This document shows, piece by piece, positions 41,810 through 55,298 of a stretch of DNA of 64,000 nucleotides (the stretch's first letter is position 1; each line of letters begins with the position of its first letter). The translations under genes and the position numbers were made by a program. The stretch is from Eledone cirrhosa. Lineage: Eukaryota. The stretch spans positions 381,300,001 to 381,364,000 of the forward strand of contig OZ024740.1 in NCBI GenBank assembly GCA_964016885.1, given 5' to 3'. The notes beneath the pieces were generated by a model. It was given only the letters and a program-made list of their open reading frames with translations. It did not search any database and had not been told where the DNA came from.

Positions 41810-42030
41810 CCCTTTAGCATTCAAACCGGCTGTAACTGGCCAGAATTCTCTCACCTCTTTCTGTTCAAACCAGCCCCAACTAACCACTCATACTGATGTT
41901 AAAGTATTGTTCTGAAAATAAATAATATCAAAATCTCATAGATTCGATATTATCTGATATAATTATATAAGATAAAACCTTTTCTGTGAAAATACAATAG
42001 CATATATAGAGTAATGTGAATTCTAAAGAG
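41810..42030. mobile_element. piggyBac-like MITE, same family as 61846-62066
   Basis: ccctttagcattca ... tgaattctaaagag|ttaa; internal sequence is the reverse complement of the 61.9-kb copy. Confidence 0.65.
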
Positions 42031-42091
42031 TTAAACTTTATAAATTATATTCCTAGCACAATATTTCTCTAATTCTCTTCTTTCTTTATAG

Positions 42092-42199
42092 ACCCTGTAA
42101 CTGTAAAATGGAAGGAAGTTTGAACAACACACCCTACTGTGACACCTTGACTGGAAAGTGTACATGTAAAGCAAATGTTGATGGCCAACAATGTGACAG
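42092..42199 (+). CDS. LAMC1: Laminin gamma-1-like exon (LE4): PCNCKMEGSLNNTPYCDTLTGKCTCKANVDGQQCDR
   Basis: polypyrimidine tract + tag acceptor, gtatgg donor; LE motif; phase consistent. Confidence 0.94.
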
Positions 42200-44540
42200 G
42201 TATGGAGGGCAAACCTTTTTTTACCTACTTTTATCATTAAAATTTTTCTTTATTAGAATTTATATGAACTATATGTATGAAGTCTTATTATTAAATAAGT
42301 TTCTTAAAGAAATAACTTACAAGGGAGATAATTAAAATCAAGGTGGGTAACTCCTATTCTAATATGAAGGCACTATGCAAAATTAAAGCCGACCAACTTT
42401 TGTTTCTCGACTTGCTTCAAATAACAGTCAAATTTTATTCAAATAACACATTGAATAACATGTTCCTGGGTTTAGTTTACATAGGAAAATGATAGTTTTG
42501 GGCTGGTCATAGCTGGAATCCTTCTGATCATAATTTTGCATGATCAGGGCTGATCTAGGATGAAACAATATAGATGCAATCAAACTTATTACATTCTTTT
42601 TTAGAAGTAATTTTTATAATTTTATTTAAAAATAAAGTTAAAGGGATATGGGTTATTAAGTAAGTTAATATAAATAATAGAAATTTTACTTTTGAATATC
42701 AATAGTTGGAATTGGAGATGCAGCTGTTTTAATATTGAGTGAATGTGGAAAAACATTGGATAATATTGAGTATAAGACTGGTAGGAGGGAATAAGTTATT
42801 CTCAAACTAGTGACCTTGTTTTACTGCTTGTATCAGAGTGCACTCTACCAAAATCTTGCAAGGACCAGGGATTAGTGTTTAACAAGGCAACAGATTATGT
42901 CTACCACCTAAGTAGTTCACCATAGCAGCATTTGAACTCAGTTGTTCTAATAATTCCACTATTCCACTGTCCTGGACTGGTACTTGATGTTATTGAAATT
43001 GTAAGGATTAAGGCAAAATTAACCATGGTGGGATTTGTATTCTGCGTACAGGGAGCCAGACTAATTAACACAAGGTATTTCATTCGATGCTTGAATGATT
43101 GCCAATTTGCTGCATTTAGATAACATAAGAAGCAGATAAGATGAGTGAGGTTTAGTAGAAGACATGTTGTATAGTTGTGTATACAATAGAATAGGAATTA
43201 TTTTGTAGGAATTAAAGGAATTATAAAAATAAAATATAAAGCTGGCAAGACATAAGTAAAACAAACTATAATTTAACAGTAGTTATATACAACAAAAACT
43301 ATAAATTTAAAAACCTTAACAACAAACCACAGGCATGATGATAATGATAATCATCATCATCGTTTGTCTATTTTTTCCAAGCTTGCATGGGTTAGACAGG
43401 TTGTCACGTTATGAGACAAGTCAGGTCTGGTGAATACATCTTGCTTATATGGATGTGTGTTCTGGCATGGTTTCTATGGCTGGATGTCCTTCCTCATTCC
43501 AACTTCATTACAGTGTGGACTGGGTGATTTTTTTATCATGTCACCAGCACAAACTTGTGGGTTGATTGGTCAATTTGTAACTCTCATTGATAAACATTTT
43601 CATGTAGGCCATAAGTACAGACAAATATGCAACCAGCACAGTGAAAATCAGTTGTTCTTGATCCCAAACCATAAAATCCCACATAAAAACTAAGCCCATG
43701 CGCCCTGAAACATCTGTTTGCTCATGCACAAAACCAGAAACATGCCCTCTTGATCAACAATGTAACATGCCAGTGGTAACATATGAAGCAAAAGTGACAT
43801 CCACCAAACAGAACCACCAAAAAGAAGCCTAGACATATGTAATGTCGGAAAACCACTTATAAAATCGTTTCCATACCTGCAAAATGACCTTTAGGCACCC
43901 AGACATGAGATATGCCTCAAAACGTAGTAGTTACATGTAAGATCTCAAAGAAACTGTCATGGATTTTTCCATTAAATGGAGGATCCTAGAATGATCACGA
44001 CCCTATATGTATTAAGTATTATTTATGCACAGATGAAAGGTGGAATATTCTCAGAAACCTATCTTCCAATAAGAGATGCTTGAATATTCGTTTTAATATC
44101 TTTAATCACTACACACATGAAATGAAATTTATTTTGAGCAATTGCTTAAGTCCAGACTGTGGCTATCGGACAATCTTTCTTAAGAATGGTTGAGTTCCCT
44201 ACGAGATAAGCCACTTTTCATTACACTCTTATACATTATCCATGTCTCTAATTCTGTGAACCTAAGTTTGTCCCCTTCATTAATTTATATTAGAGTTTGT
44301 TCCCTTACTTTATCCAGCCTTTTTGTAACCTCTTAGCCCTTAATTTTTAGGCCACCCAATTACTTATATTCTTATATGAAAGAAGATATTCTTGAAGTCA
44401 ATCCACCATAATATGGCAGACTGATGAGTTGATGTATTTTAATTTGTTAATGAAACATGTGTATTCGTGTTATGTAATTATTGTAATGAATGAATTTAAT
44501 TGTATATCGTAATGAATGAATTTAATTGTATATCGTATAT

Positions 44541-44881
44541 GGAGGCACATGGCTTAGTGGTTAGAGCATTGGCCTTGCAATCAAAAGGTTGTGAGTTCAA
44601 TTCTCAGACCGGGTGATGTGTTGTTTCCTTGAGCAAGGCACTTTATTTCACATTGCTCCAGTTTACTCAGCTGTAGAAATGAGATGATAGGGACTGGGGT
44701 CCCTATCATTCCACTGCAAAGTGGTTGTGGAGGTGCCACGGCAAAAAAGCACCCAGCACTCACTGTAAATGAGGTTGGTGTTAGGAAGGGCATCCAGCTG
44801 TAGAAATCAAGCCAGAATCAGTTCCCGTCCCACCCTTGCAAGCAGGGAAAAGTGGACGTAAAATGAGATGATGATGATGAT
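44541..44881 (+). mobile_element. tRNA-derived SINE family 1, full length, with RTE-B-derived 3' tail
   Basis: A box TGGCTTAGTGG, B box GAGTTCAATTC; 3' end cccgtcccacccttgcaagcagggaaaagtggacgtaaaatga(gat)n. Confidence 0.9.
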
Positions 44882-45189
44882 CGTAACTTATCATATGGAC
44901 AGCATTGGATTTTTTTTGTACAGGGTTTCAACTACAATATATATATATATACATGTATATATATGTATGTGTGTCCAACTAAATAGGAAGCTGCTTTTTA
45001 TATTAATTGTATAAGGATACATGCATCTACACACATACACATTCCCCCCCACATCCACACGTGTGCACACACTAAAAATTGTTGTTATTATCTACATTAT
45101 CTTTACATAAATATACACATGCCTGCACCCACACTCATGCACATGCTCAAAACCTACACTAATAACTTTCTTTTCTTTTAAATCAAAAG

Positions 45190-45326
45190 GTGTAAAAGTG
45201 GTTTCTTTGGAATGGAAGAAAGCAATGAATTTGGTTGCATTGCCTGTTTCTGTTATGGTCATTCTTCCTCTTGTCAATCTGCTAATGGATTCTATGGTCG
45301 CTCAATTCTCAGCCAGTTCAGCAATG
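45190..45326 (+). CDS. LAMC1: Laminin gamma-1-like exon (LE4 end, LE5 start, L4 start): CKSGFFGMEESNEFGCIACFCYGHSSSCQSANGFYGRSILSQFSN
   Basis: aag acceptor after pyrimidine tract, gttcgt donor; GC..CFCYGHSS.C is the gamma-chain motif preceding domain IV. Confidence 0.92.
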
Positions 45327-45589
45327 GTTCGTTTACACTCTTGTTTCTTTTTCTTTTGTATAATCAGAATGTTCTTTTCAATTAATTTTGTTGTTGTAAA
45401 TTCCTTTTCTCAAAAGAAAAGGCCAAACTTAATTGAAATAATTTCCATTAGAGATGGAATTTTTTAAATAGTTTTGAAATATTTATAGTTCTAAATAAAA
45501 GCAAAAATATTGAAATGTTAATTTTAAAATATTTAAATTGGTCTTAATATGTTTTAAGTAAACTACTCTTTAAAGACATTAAGAGATCA

Positions 45590-47240
45590 TAAGAGTTCTT
45601 CTTTTCCCACTTCCTGGGAGGGTTGTGGGGGCTGTCCTAAAGCACTCGTTCCAGCAGGTCCTGTCTGAAGCAACCGTCTCCAATTGATCCATCTGGATCC
45701 CCAAGTAAGACCAGCCAAGCTCACAGATGTTATCCAACCATCTTGCTTAGGGTGTCCTGGGTGTCCTGCGGGCTGATTTTGTCTGTAAAATCTGTCCAAC
45801 TGTTCTCTCCTGAGACATTCTGCCCTCAATAGTATTGGATCTGTGATCTCTCAATTAGGAGAAATAGTGGCTCTACCTAGAGTTATATTTTGATCTCCGA
45901 GCAATGCATTCTATCAAGTAACATTACTCCAAAGACTCTTCGGAAGAACCTCATTTCAGCCACTTATATTTGTGATTAAATTTTTTCGGTCATTATCCAA
46001 GATTACTATCTCTGCAGCATTTTGCACCTGTTCGTACTGCATGTGTAAGAAGGAAATATTATTTCTAAGTCAAGTTTTGTAAGCAACCTTCTTCATTCAC
46101 ACGTCATCGTTGACCCCTTGATTGAACCAAAGGCTCATTCTGTGTCACGGCACTACATCAAGCTGCTTTCATCCACAGCATTTAACAGCTAAAGAAAAAA
46201 CTGCCAAGCTGAACAGTCTTCAATCTGTTTCAGTTTCTGCAGTTTGCTCAGAGAGTCTCTGAAGTTGGATGCAATAGTATGCACATACCTGATCCTAACT
46301 TCCTTATCTACCAGTGCTTCCTACTTTATCCTCTAGATCAAGCTGGACCTGCCAGTTTTGTAGGCTTTTTGGGGTTTAGGTAGTCTCAAGTTGCAGATAA
46401 CTTGATGGTAATAAGTTACTCTCTAAAATGCTTGGTTAGCATTAAAAAAAAAATAAGAATTAAAAAAATAAGTTATTAATAAGTTGTCAGCTCTGCCACT
46501 CTCTAAACACGAACATCCAGCACAGAACTGAAGAGATAAGAGACAGATCAATAATTGATTTTATTATTAAGTCCCCAACTCCTCTCATTTATGAATGTCT
46601 TTGTACTTAAAGAAGCTGTTCATAATAGGGAACCCATTACTAGAACAGAAGTCTGATAAGACTTTTCCATTCGCATTTAGATTGAAATCGACATTCCTTC
46701 TAATTATTTCTTTCCATGTCCGGTAGCAGTGCCAACATATACCTTGAAGTCTCCCATTAAGACTCAGTTTTAAATACGTCTAATGCTGCTGTAATATAAT
46801 CAAGAAAGGATCTGTATTTGTATTCTCTGTTTGGTGCATAAACTTGCACCACTCACAGAGACCTTTTTTCAGCCCAAGTTTCAAGAGGCAAATCCTCGCT
46901 CCCAATGGATTCCAGTCCATAACACATTCAGACAGCCTGGAGGCTTGTGAATATCCCCACTTCTGCCTGTGCAGTCATTTCTGGAGCCATACCTGAATAA
47001 TGGAGTTTCCATCCAAATCTACAATACCAGAGCCATGGAACTTTGTTGAGGAAACCCGACTCTATCTAGTCAGTAGCATCTGGCCTCCTCCACTAGTTCC
47101 TGCTCCTTAACTGTAGTAGGTGTCATGTTCCAATTACCAATTGTGAAGGTTTTCTTCTTTCTGGACCCTCTTTGGGGTCATGGACATGTAACCTTTGTGC
47201 CCCCAGCCATGCTTCCAAGGACAGGTCACACAGACCCATT
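45590..47240 (-). mobile_element. Old, internally deleted RTE-type LINE (third family): APE and C-terminal remnants
   Basis: minus strand reads VQVYAPN (about 46830-46850), LMGDFK (about 46743-46760), LSDFCSSN, IMNSFF; C-terminal RP.GHP...WLDNI remnant near 45720-45780. Confidence 0.6.
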
Positions 47241-48348
47241 GCCAGTTCTTGCAGCATTGAATGGAGACTGCAATATATTTTTCAAACAAGCACCGACCAC
47301 ATAATGCCTGAATGTGACCCTTGTTAACTTATGTGAAGAACAATGTGGTATGAATGCTTTTATTGTTTCTGGCCATATTGCAATGTTTTGGTGGTCTGCA
47401 GCAGTCACCAATTTGGTACTTTTCTCAGACACGCGAAAACTAGACTTTTTTAGAGACAGTCTTTACTTGCCTCATTGTAGCTATGTCACTTGGGAACTAA
47501 CAGTGTCACCCATTGCTCCATCTCCCCTAGTAGTTTACTCCTGTTGGTCTGGGGATGGTTATTTATCCAACAGGAGCCCATATAAATTGCAACTAACCTG
47601 CAAATCTGGTGGCCATATCACAGTCCACCACCTGTGACCCATTCACTAGCAAAACAGCTCTGTCATTGTTAATATATATCTATTAATTGGTGTGCCATCA
47701 TATTTTTTTACAATCTCTTAACACCCCAGAAAGGAGATTTTATTTGAAATATGTAAGAATTTATTAAATGTTTCTAAGGTAAATTTTCAATACCTTTGCT
47801 GTTGTTATTTTATATATATTATGTTTGATGTAAGTTTACTTATTTGTTTGATGTAAATAGCCAAGATGATTGATAGGTAGCTTACATGTTTTATGCCATT
47901 TACTTTAGTGCTGTATTGATTTGAGCTAAAACCTGACAGTGTCTCACTAATTTTATTCCCATCTTCATGTTAATATAATATAAACAAACATAATGCTAGG
48001 AAAGGTTTTATTGATTTTTACCTCCTCCTCTTTACAAATAACCAAAAGTAAAGATGAGAAAGTTTATAGTCTTCCGGATTGTCAATACAGTTCATATGAT
48101 TACTTATGAACTTCAATTTTTTATCTACATTATAAAGCACAATTTTGTTCAGGTTTAGAATATATATCACACATCTGGCACAATACACCCAGAATACATT
48201 ATGATCAACATTTATTGCACACCACAATAGGTTTAGATTACAATGGTCTAAAGTTGCAGTAGTTGTGACAATGAAATTATAAATATGTAAATATGTGATG
48301 GAATATAGTTTATGATACTCTAAGATATGTTGCTAATTTTGATTAAAG

Positions 48349-48471
48349 GAAGGCAAAGATGGAAAGCAGCTGACAGATCTGACAGAGAGATTCCTATACA
48401 GTTTAATGCAGTAACTAAGAAGATTGGAGTGGCAGCTTCAGGAAATGAAATAATTTATTTCCTTGCTCCTG
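48349..48471 (+). CDS. LAMC1: Laminin gamma-1-like exon (L4 domain): GRQRWKAADRSDREIPIQFNAVTKKIGVAASGNEIIYFLAP
   Basis: aag/gtaagc; W...YF.AP L4 motif; phase 1/1. Confidence 0.9.
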
Positions 48472-48602
48472 GTAAGCCTATTTTTTGTTATGTTTATTTT
48501 TTTTGTTTGATTTTATAATTCTTAATTTCATTTTTCTATTTGTCTTACCAACAATATTATATATTATGTAAATAAATATTTCTGTTGTATTTTTTTTTTC
48601 AG

Positions 48603-48908
48603 AACGCTATTTACATAATCAACGCAACAGCTACAATCAATTTTTAAGTTTCAAACTTCAGACCAGAGATGACCGTTCCAGACCATCAATACTGGACGTT
48701 GTTTTAGTTGGTGGCAACAATATGATGATATCAACTCCAATCTTCTCTCAGGGAAACCCAACTCCAATGAAAAAAGAGCAGACTTTCCGTTTCCGTCTCC
48801 ATGAACATCAAAACTATAAGTGGCAGCCGAGACTACGTTCTCAGGATTTCATTGCACTGCTTTCCAATTTGACAGCCATCAAAATCAAAGGAACATATAA
48901 TACTGCTG
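48603..48908 (+). CDS. LAMC1: Laminin gamma-1-like exon (L4 domain): ERYLHNQRNSYNQFLSFKLQ...FRLHEHQNYKWQPRLRSQDFIALLSNLTAIKIKGTYNTA
   Basis: ttttcag/gtatag; NQ..SYNQ.L.F and FRLHE...W.P.L...F..LL.NLTAIKI.GTY are L4 hallmarks. Confidence 0.95.
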
Positions 48909-50586
48909 GTATAGCATTTTATCTTTCCTTTTTTTCCTCCCTCTCTACCTTTCTCACATTCTTTCTTTCTTTGATTTCTTGGGTTTATGTTTTGGCTGCT
49001 TATTATTTTGATAAATATTTTTTGCCATTGTAATTAATTTACTGATTGTCCTTTCTCTGCTTTGCATTTTCTTTCCTTTTGCTTTCCACCCTTTTTCTTC
49101 ACTCTTCCCTTTTTGTTCTGTTCTCTTCATTCCCTCTCTCTTTCTAATCTTGCTTCTCCCTCTATATCTTTTTCTCAGCCCCTCTACATCTTTGCCACTC
49201 ACCACCTCTTAACCCACTACATTGACTAAAGTTTCATTTTCACACTCCACCGAGTGGATAGCAGGCTAGGCTAAGTGGTTACAAAGTTCACTTTGCAATC
49301 ACAAAGTCCCAGATTTGATCCCACTTTGTAGCATCTTGGACAAATGTCTGTACCATAGCCTTGAATCAATTCAAGTCTTGTGAGTAAAATTGGATAAATG
49401 GAAATTATGTAGAAGTCTGTTAAATGGATTGTATCTGTAATTCAAAGGTCCAGCTTTGTCACATATTGTGCCATGCTGATTTGCCTAGAGAAATCCATCC
49501 CTCCCTCACCCCATTGGCTGTCTTGATGGTTTTCCTTCTTCTGCCTGTTTTGTTTCAAATTTCATTTTGGTAAGATGTCAGAAATTGTATGTTCATTCCA
49601 TTTCTTCAAATGTTTACAAAGAGTTATAGGCAGTTTTCTTCTAAAAAAAAATAGTATTGTCATTGAGATTAATCTCTCTTGAATCATTTTAATGCTTTCG
49701 ATAGCAAACCACCAGAAACTTCCATTTGTTTTATATAAAAACATTTTCCATCATAATTTTATGTAAGGACCTTTTTTTATGTTCCAAACATCAGCTTAAT
49801 AATGAGAAAGTTAGTTTACTAAATACTCCAAATTCTTGATTATTTTCAAAATGATTTGAAAATAATAGGCAGTGTCTGTTAGTAATATGATAATGAAAAG
49901 GTTAAGCTGTTTATAATAGATGATTTTGTTGTTGCACCTGCATTACTCTATAGTTCTGGTATTATATGCAAACCTTTCAAGTGGATGCCAAGTAAATATT
50001 TTAGTGATTATGATTCCTTCTGTGATCATTTGCTCTCTAAAATGACTGTTATAGACAGTTGCTTAGAATGTGAAATAACTGCTTCACAAAATGTTTTATG
50101 CATTCTATTCAACCTGACACTTCACCTAAGCTTTGTCCAACCCTCAATGGGTCACACTAACCATTATGTTTAATCTTTTTTGCTTATAAACTCTCTCCTT
50201 TGGCATTCCTTTCATGCTCATGTCTTTCCTGACATTCTTAACAGAACATAATTGGCATTATTCTCTCCAGTATTGTAGAGCCTATGAAGGCTGTACACAC
50301 TGCCCCTTACTCCTAGTGAAAAAAATAATAAATAAAAACTAGTTATAAAGGTTTTAATCAACTTTTCTGCCTTTACAAGATTGATTGCTGTTAATATCCA
50401 CTCCCCTTTTCAATTTTTTTTTCTATATATGGCTCCTTTTGCTTAAAAAAATGAAAACTATGCTCTGTGTGCTTATATTGTTTGTTACTAGTTCTATGTA
50501 CATAAAATACCTCTTCCAAAGCACACATACATATATACACATACTTACACACACAAATATATTATTGTCATCCTTTTTCTTCATAG

Positions 50587-50808
50587 GCACTGGATTTATT
50601 GATGATGTTAGGCTTGAGACTGCTGGTTATGCATCAGGCAAACCAGCTTCTTGGGTGGAGCATTGCACCTGTCCTGATGCTTACTTAGGAGAAAACTGTC
50701 AGTCATGTTCTCCAGGTTTCAGAAGAGATCCTCCCAATGGTGGTCCTTTTGCCAGATGTATACCTTGTGTTTGCAATGGCCATTCAGATGACTGTGATGT
50801 TAATACTG
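50587..50808 (+). CDS. LAMC1: Laminin gamma-1-like exon (L4 end, LE): GTGFIDDVRLETA...WVEHCTCPDAYLGENCQSCSPGFRRDPPNGGPFARCIPCVCNGHSDDCDVNT
   Basis: tcatag/gtaagt; A.WVE.C.CP..Y.G..C..C.PG.RR gamma-1 motif. Confidence 0.95.
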
Positions 50809-50988
50809 GTAAGTTCTCTTTTTTGTTGTCAAGCATCAATTTATCTGCTTTGCTATTGTTAATTTTGATTGAGCAGATTCATGATTAGAATGTTCCAGCT
50901 CTGATGAAACCATACCATTTTTTGAATACATAGTATTATGACTTCATTAATTGATTATTTTATATACATATATATCTATATCTCTCTC

Positions 50989-51047
<59 letters not shown>

Positions 51048-51149
51048 AAGGGCTTAAACCTGACATATCGAACTTTCTTTCCTCTTTCCAACGTAAAAGC
51101 GTGAAACTAAGATTTTTTGTCCTTCTGTTTGTTGTCTCCTTGAACTACA

Positions 51150-51215
<66 letters not shown>

Positions 51216-51281
51216 TATATATGTGTGTGTGTGTATTTATATATATATTTATATATATTTATATTTGATGTTTAATTTTAG

Positions 51282-51467
51282 GTCGTTGTATATGTGAGCA
51301 TAACACTGCAGGCCGCAACTGTGAACAATGTTTGGAAGGTTTCTATGGTGATGCTAAAGGTGGAACTGCACATGACTGTAAAGCCTGTCCATGTCCAAAT
51401 AATGGTACTTGCAAACAACTTGAAAATAATGATGTTCTTTGTACTAACTGCCCACAGGGTTATGGAG
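51282..51467 (+). CDS. LAMC1: Laminin gamma-1-like exon (LE): [62 protein letters not shown]
   Basis: ttttag/gtatgt; LE motif; phase 1/1. Confidence 0.95.
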
Positions 51468-52587
51468 GTATGTACATTAATTTTAATTTTAGATTGTTGC
51501 ATTAGAGTTTCTTTTGTGTTTGCTATTGAATAAAAGGGTATGTGTGACATTTTATGCTTTGAAACTTAAAAAAATTACTGAAACTTAGAGTTAAGAGGAT
51601 TTCAGTATTACTAATCATAAAATATTTTGATACCAAATTACCTGAAACTTCCCCTTGTTCTTTGATATAAAACTGTTTGTTCTAAATTTTGTATATTTAT
51701 CTAAAAAATTTCCACAATAATTTTATAAATCTTTGTTCCAAACTACTGTTAACGAGAAAGTTATTTATTAAATCCTTCTAAATTCTTGAATATTTTACCA
51801 AATTAACATTTTACTTTTCCTAGGTAACTGATCACATAGTGAACTTGGCAGGGTGTCTGTTTCACAATAATAAATCAGTAGCAAGAATGAGTAATTTTGA
51901 GCATCATTGATATCGAAGAATGGCAATTAAATATTTGAATCTTATTTCTTTAGTGTTATGTACTTGTTGTGTGTCACAGTAATCATTATATCAGACATGT
52001 AAGCAGTCACTATAATTATTTACACATCTTAAGTGCAGGAACAAACTAGAAATATTTTAAAGATTTGGCACTGATAAAATGTTTGCTAATCTCTCATATT
52101 AATTATTCAAAATTAGAGCTCTAATTGTAATATATTTTCCAACTCTCCTTTGCATACAATATTACTGTGACTCAATGAATTACAATTTAATAGATGTATA
52201 TTATATGTGTTGGCACAATATTTCCTCAATCCTCTTATCCAATGCATTCCACCTTCTTTTTAAGATGGTGGAGTGTGATTTGCAGGAGATTTTTCTACTT
52301 ATTGTAGCAGATTGATCAATCACAGAATTTGACTGAGATTCATATGAAATGATTGACAATCTTTATATGGCTCATTCTTTTATAACATGCTTGCCTCAAT
52401 TAGTACTTTGGAAGGAATTCATGTCTTTATTTGAAGCTTAGCAGTGAGTGTGCTACCCCCATCGCCACACACTACTTATGATGCACTTTGATACCAAATT
52501 GTCTGAAAACCACCCCTGATTCTACAATAGAAAACTCTTTATTTTAAAGTTTTATATTGATCTAAATATCCTCCATTATAATTTTAT

Positions 52588-52775
52588 GCGGTGGATTGGC
52601 AGTATCGGTAGAGGGTCGGACGCCATGCTTTCCAGCATAGTTACGTCCCTTTACCATCTGAGTTCAAATCCCGCCGAGGTTGACTTTGCCTTTCATCCTT
52701 ACGGGGTCGATAAAATAAAGTACCAGTAATGCACTGGGTAATTGCTGGCATTGTGCCAAAAGTAGAAACAATTAT
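52588..52775 (+). mobile_element. tRNA-derived SINE family 2 (best-preserved copy)
   Basis: tggcagtatcggtaga A-box-like, gagttcaaatcc B box, central gccgaggttgactttgcctttcatccttacggggtcgataaaataaagtacc, AT-rich tail. Confidence 0.8.
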
Positions 52776-52996
52776 AATTTTAAGTAAGGAATTTTGGTAA
52801 GTTGATAATGTGACTGTTAGTTATTTTACCAAATACTTGATTATTTGCAGAATTATTTGAAAATCATAAGCAGAATCTTTCATTAGAAATATAGTAGTGA
52901 AAGGGACAATGGTGTTTTTTTTTTAATTTAGTTATTGATAGAATGGAGTAGCTTCACTTTTGAAAAACAAACTCTTCTTCTGTTATTTTCATACAG

Positions 52997-53126
52997 GTGA
53001 TTTATGCCAAGTTTGTTTGGATGGTTTCTATGGTGATCCAACTGGGCGTTATGGACCTCTAACACCTTGTAAGCCGTGTCCTTGCAACAACAACATTGAT
53101 TTGAATGCTGTAGGAAACTGTAACAG
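52997..53126 (+). CDS. LAMC1: Laminin gamma-1-like exon with nidogen-binding loop: [43 protein letters not shown]
   Basis: atacag/gtaaga; [11 protein letters not shown] matches the gamma-1 NIDPNAVGNCN nidogen-binding motif. Confidence 0.96.
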
Positions 53127-53887
53127 GTAAGAAGTAGATGGTTTATTTTTGTTAGGTACATAAATATTTGTGAAGACATATTATTTTTAGTTTATTAAAC
53201 CGACTTTATCCGGCCATAATTCTCTCACCTCTTTCTGTTCAAATTGGCCATAACTGGCCACTCATACTCATGTTAAGGTATTGTTCTCAAAATAAATAAT
53301 ATTAAAATCTCATAGATTTGATATTATGTGAGATAATTACGTAAGATAAAGTGTTTACCACAAAAATTACAATAGTATATATAGAGTAAAGTAAATGCTA
53401 ATGAGTTAAGTAGGATCTATCTCTGCTTATCAAGAAGTGCTGTTGGGATTTTGTTTTTCTATTTTGAACTAGTGCCTGCATGTGTTATTGGGGCATTGGA
53501 TTAAACACTTTCTGGTATTTGATGCAACTCTCTGCCCACTGCATTCAATCTTTTTAAGTTCAACATTGCTTTCCATCATTTTTAAGTTTGATAAAGTACT
53601 AGTTCAAAGCATAGGACTAATTGAATTGTTAGAGCCTCAGATGGAATGCTTTGCCATATCTGTTCCTACTTTGTGCATTCTGAATTTAATTCTGCCTTGT
53701 CACAGGAAATTAGTGGCATAAGATTGGGGCTCCCAAGAAACTTCATATGAAATGTAACCTCGTGGAAGGGCAGTTAAATCAACAAAGATGTGAGCTGTAA
53801 CAGCAACATACTAGCGTGTAAATTGACAAGAATTAATGACCTTTTGAAAAATAAACTTTAAAAAAGCAGCAAAGATTCCAAAAATGT

Positions 53888-53922
<35 letters not shown>

Positions 53923-53933
53923 TAAATTAACAG

Positions 53934-54046
53934 CACTACTGGTGAATGTTTGTTATGTCTTCACAATACTGCTGGCTTTTACTGTGAAAGCTGTTTGCCC
54001 AACTACTATGGTGATGCTCTTGCTCTGCCAAAGGGACAATGTAAAG
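53934..54046 (+). CDS. LAMC1: Laminin gamma-1-like exon (LE): [37 protein letters not shown]
   Basis: aacag/gttagt; TGECL.C..NTAGFYC continues the nidogen-binding LE. Confidence 0.95.
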
Positions 54047-54082
54047 GTTAGTCATTAAATTATGCATCAATTCTTATCTATA

Positions 54083-54355
54083 CAGTGAAATCTCGGTTCA
54101 TGAACTTAATTTGTTTCTGAAGGCCGTTTGTCTTCCAAAATGTTTGTAAACTGAAGCTATTTTTCCCATACAAAATGTTGAGAGAGAGAGACAGTGTGAA
54201 AGACAGATGTCACTAAAGTAACTAACTACACAGCAAATGAAGCTTACCCGCTGATACTTTCACACCATTTGTCACCCTAAATGTTTTATGTTTGGAAAAA
54301 TTATTCATGAACCAATTTGTTCATGATAAGACATTCATGAAATAAGGTTCCACTG
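54083..54355. mobile_element. Tc1/mariner (pogo/Tigger-like) MITE
   Basis: TA|CAGTGAAATCTCGGTTCATGAA ... TTCATGAAATAAGGTTCCACTG|TA. Confidence 0.7.
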
Positions 54356-54804
54356 TACTTCTTTCAAGATGGGCTAAAACTTTTTTTTAATAATAAAGAT
54401 TTATGAACTTTATTTTGAGTGAGATGATGCATATGTAAATAAAAAATAATCATAAAAAAGGTGATTGAAGGGGATAACAAAATACCTGCTTAAAACAACA
54501 CATTTGGAAAAGATTGTAAAAACTAAGTTATGAAGTAAGAGTATATATATATAATTGTGTATGATATGTGAATGTCTATCAGTGAATGATACAGGCTAAT
54601 GACTTTCATAATGCAAACAACAATGTATTTAAATTGACAAATTATAAATTTAGTTATGATAATTAACTAAGAATTGACACTATTTTAGCTATTAAAGCTT
54701 GTTCAAGGAAACAATGACTAGAAATACTTGCTCTTCTCTATCAATTCTTTAATATATATATTTTTTTCTTTTAGTTAATTACTTTATCTGTTTCTTTATT
54801 TCAG

Positions 54805-54951
54805 CTTGTAATTGCAATTCCAAGGGAATCCTTCACACTGGAATGTACTCTTGTGATCCAAGCAATGGACAGTGCCCATGCCAGCTTCATGTTGAAGGTC
54901 TCAAATGTGATAGATGTGCCCCTGGTTATTGGAATTTAGAAAGTGGACGTG
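54805..54951 (+). CDS. LAMC1: Laminin gamma-1-like exon (LE): [49 protein letters not shown]
   Basis: tttcag/gtaagt; LE motif. Confidence 0.95.
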
Positions 54952-55201
54952 GTAAGTTTTATGTATAATATAATATTTAGCGTGGAAGAATAGACGTAAA
55001 ATGGTGATGATGATGATATATATATATATATAGTTATACTTGGGGAGGGTCATATTGTTATTAATATTGCCAGAAATAATAACAGAACACACTCACTGTT
55101 TGGTTTGAGTTGGTTTTTGCTTCTGTATCTTTTATATCTCCAAAGTTAATTTATCAGGCAATCAATGTTTATCATTGTTTGACCAATGGTTAAAAATACT
55201 G

Positions 55202-55255
<54 letters not shown>

Positions 55256-55298
55256 GAAAGGTATAGAAAACATTGTAGCAAATATATATATATATATA

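Noticed and set aside
44541-44612. Possible tRNA gene
   Set aside because: A and B boxes present but no complete cloverleaf; continues into a multi-copy SINE body and LINE-derived tail
50900-50930. CTGATGA hammerhead-like core
   Set aside because: No stem II, GAAA or stem I partner follows
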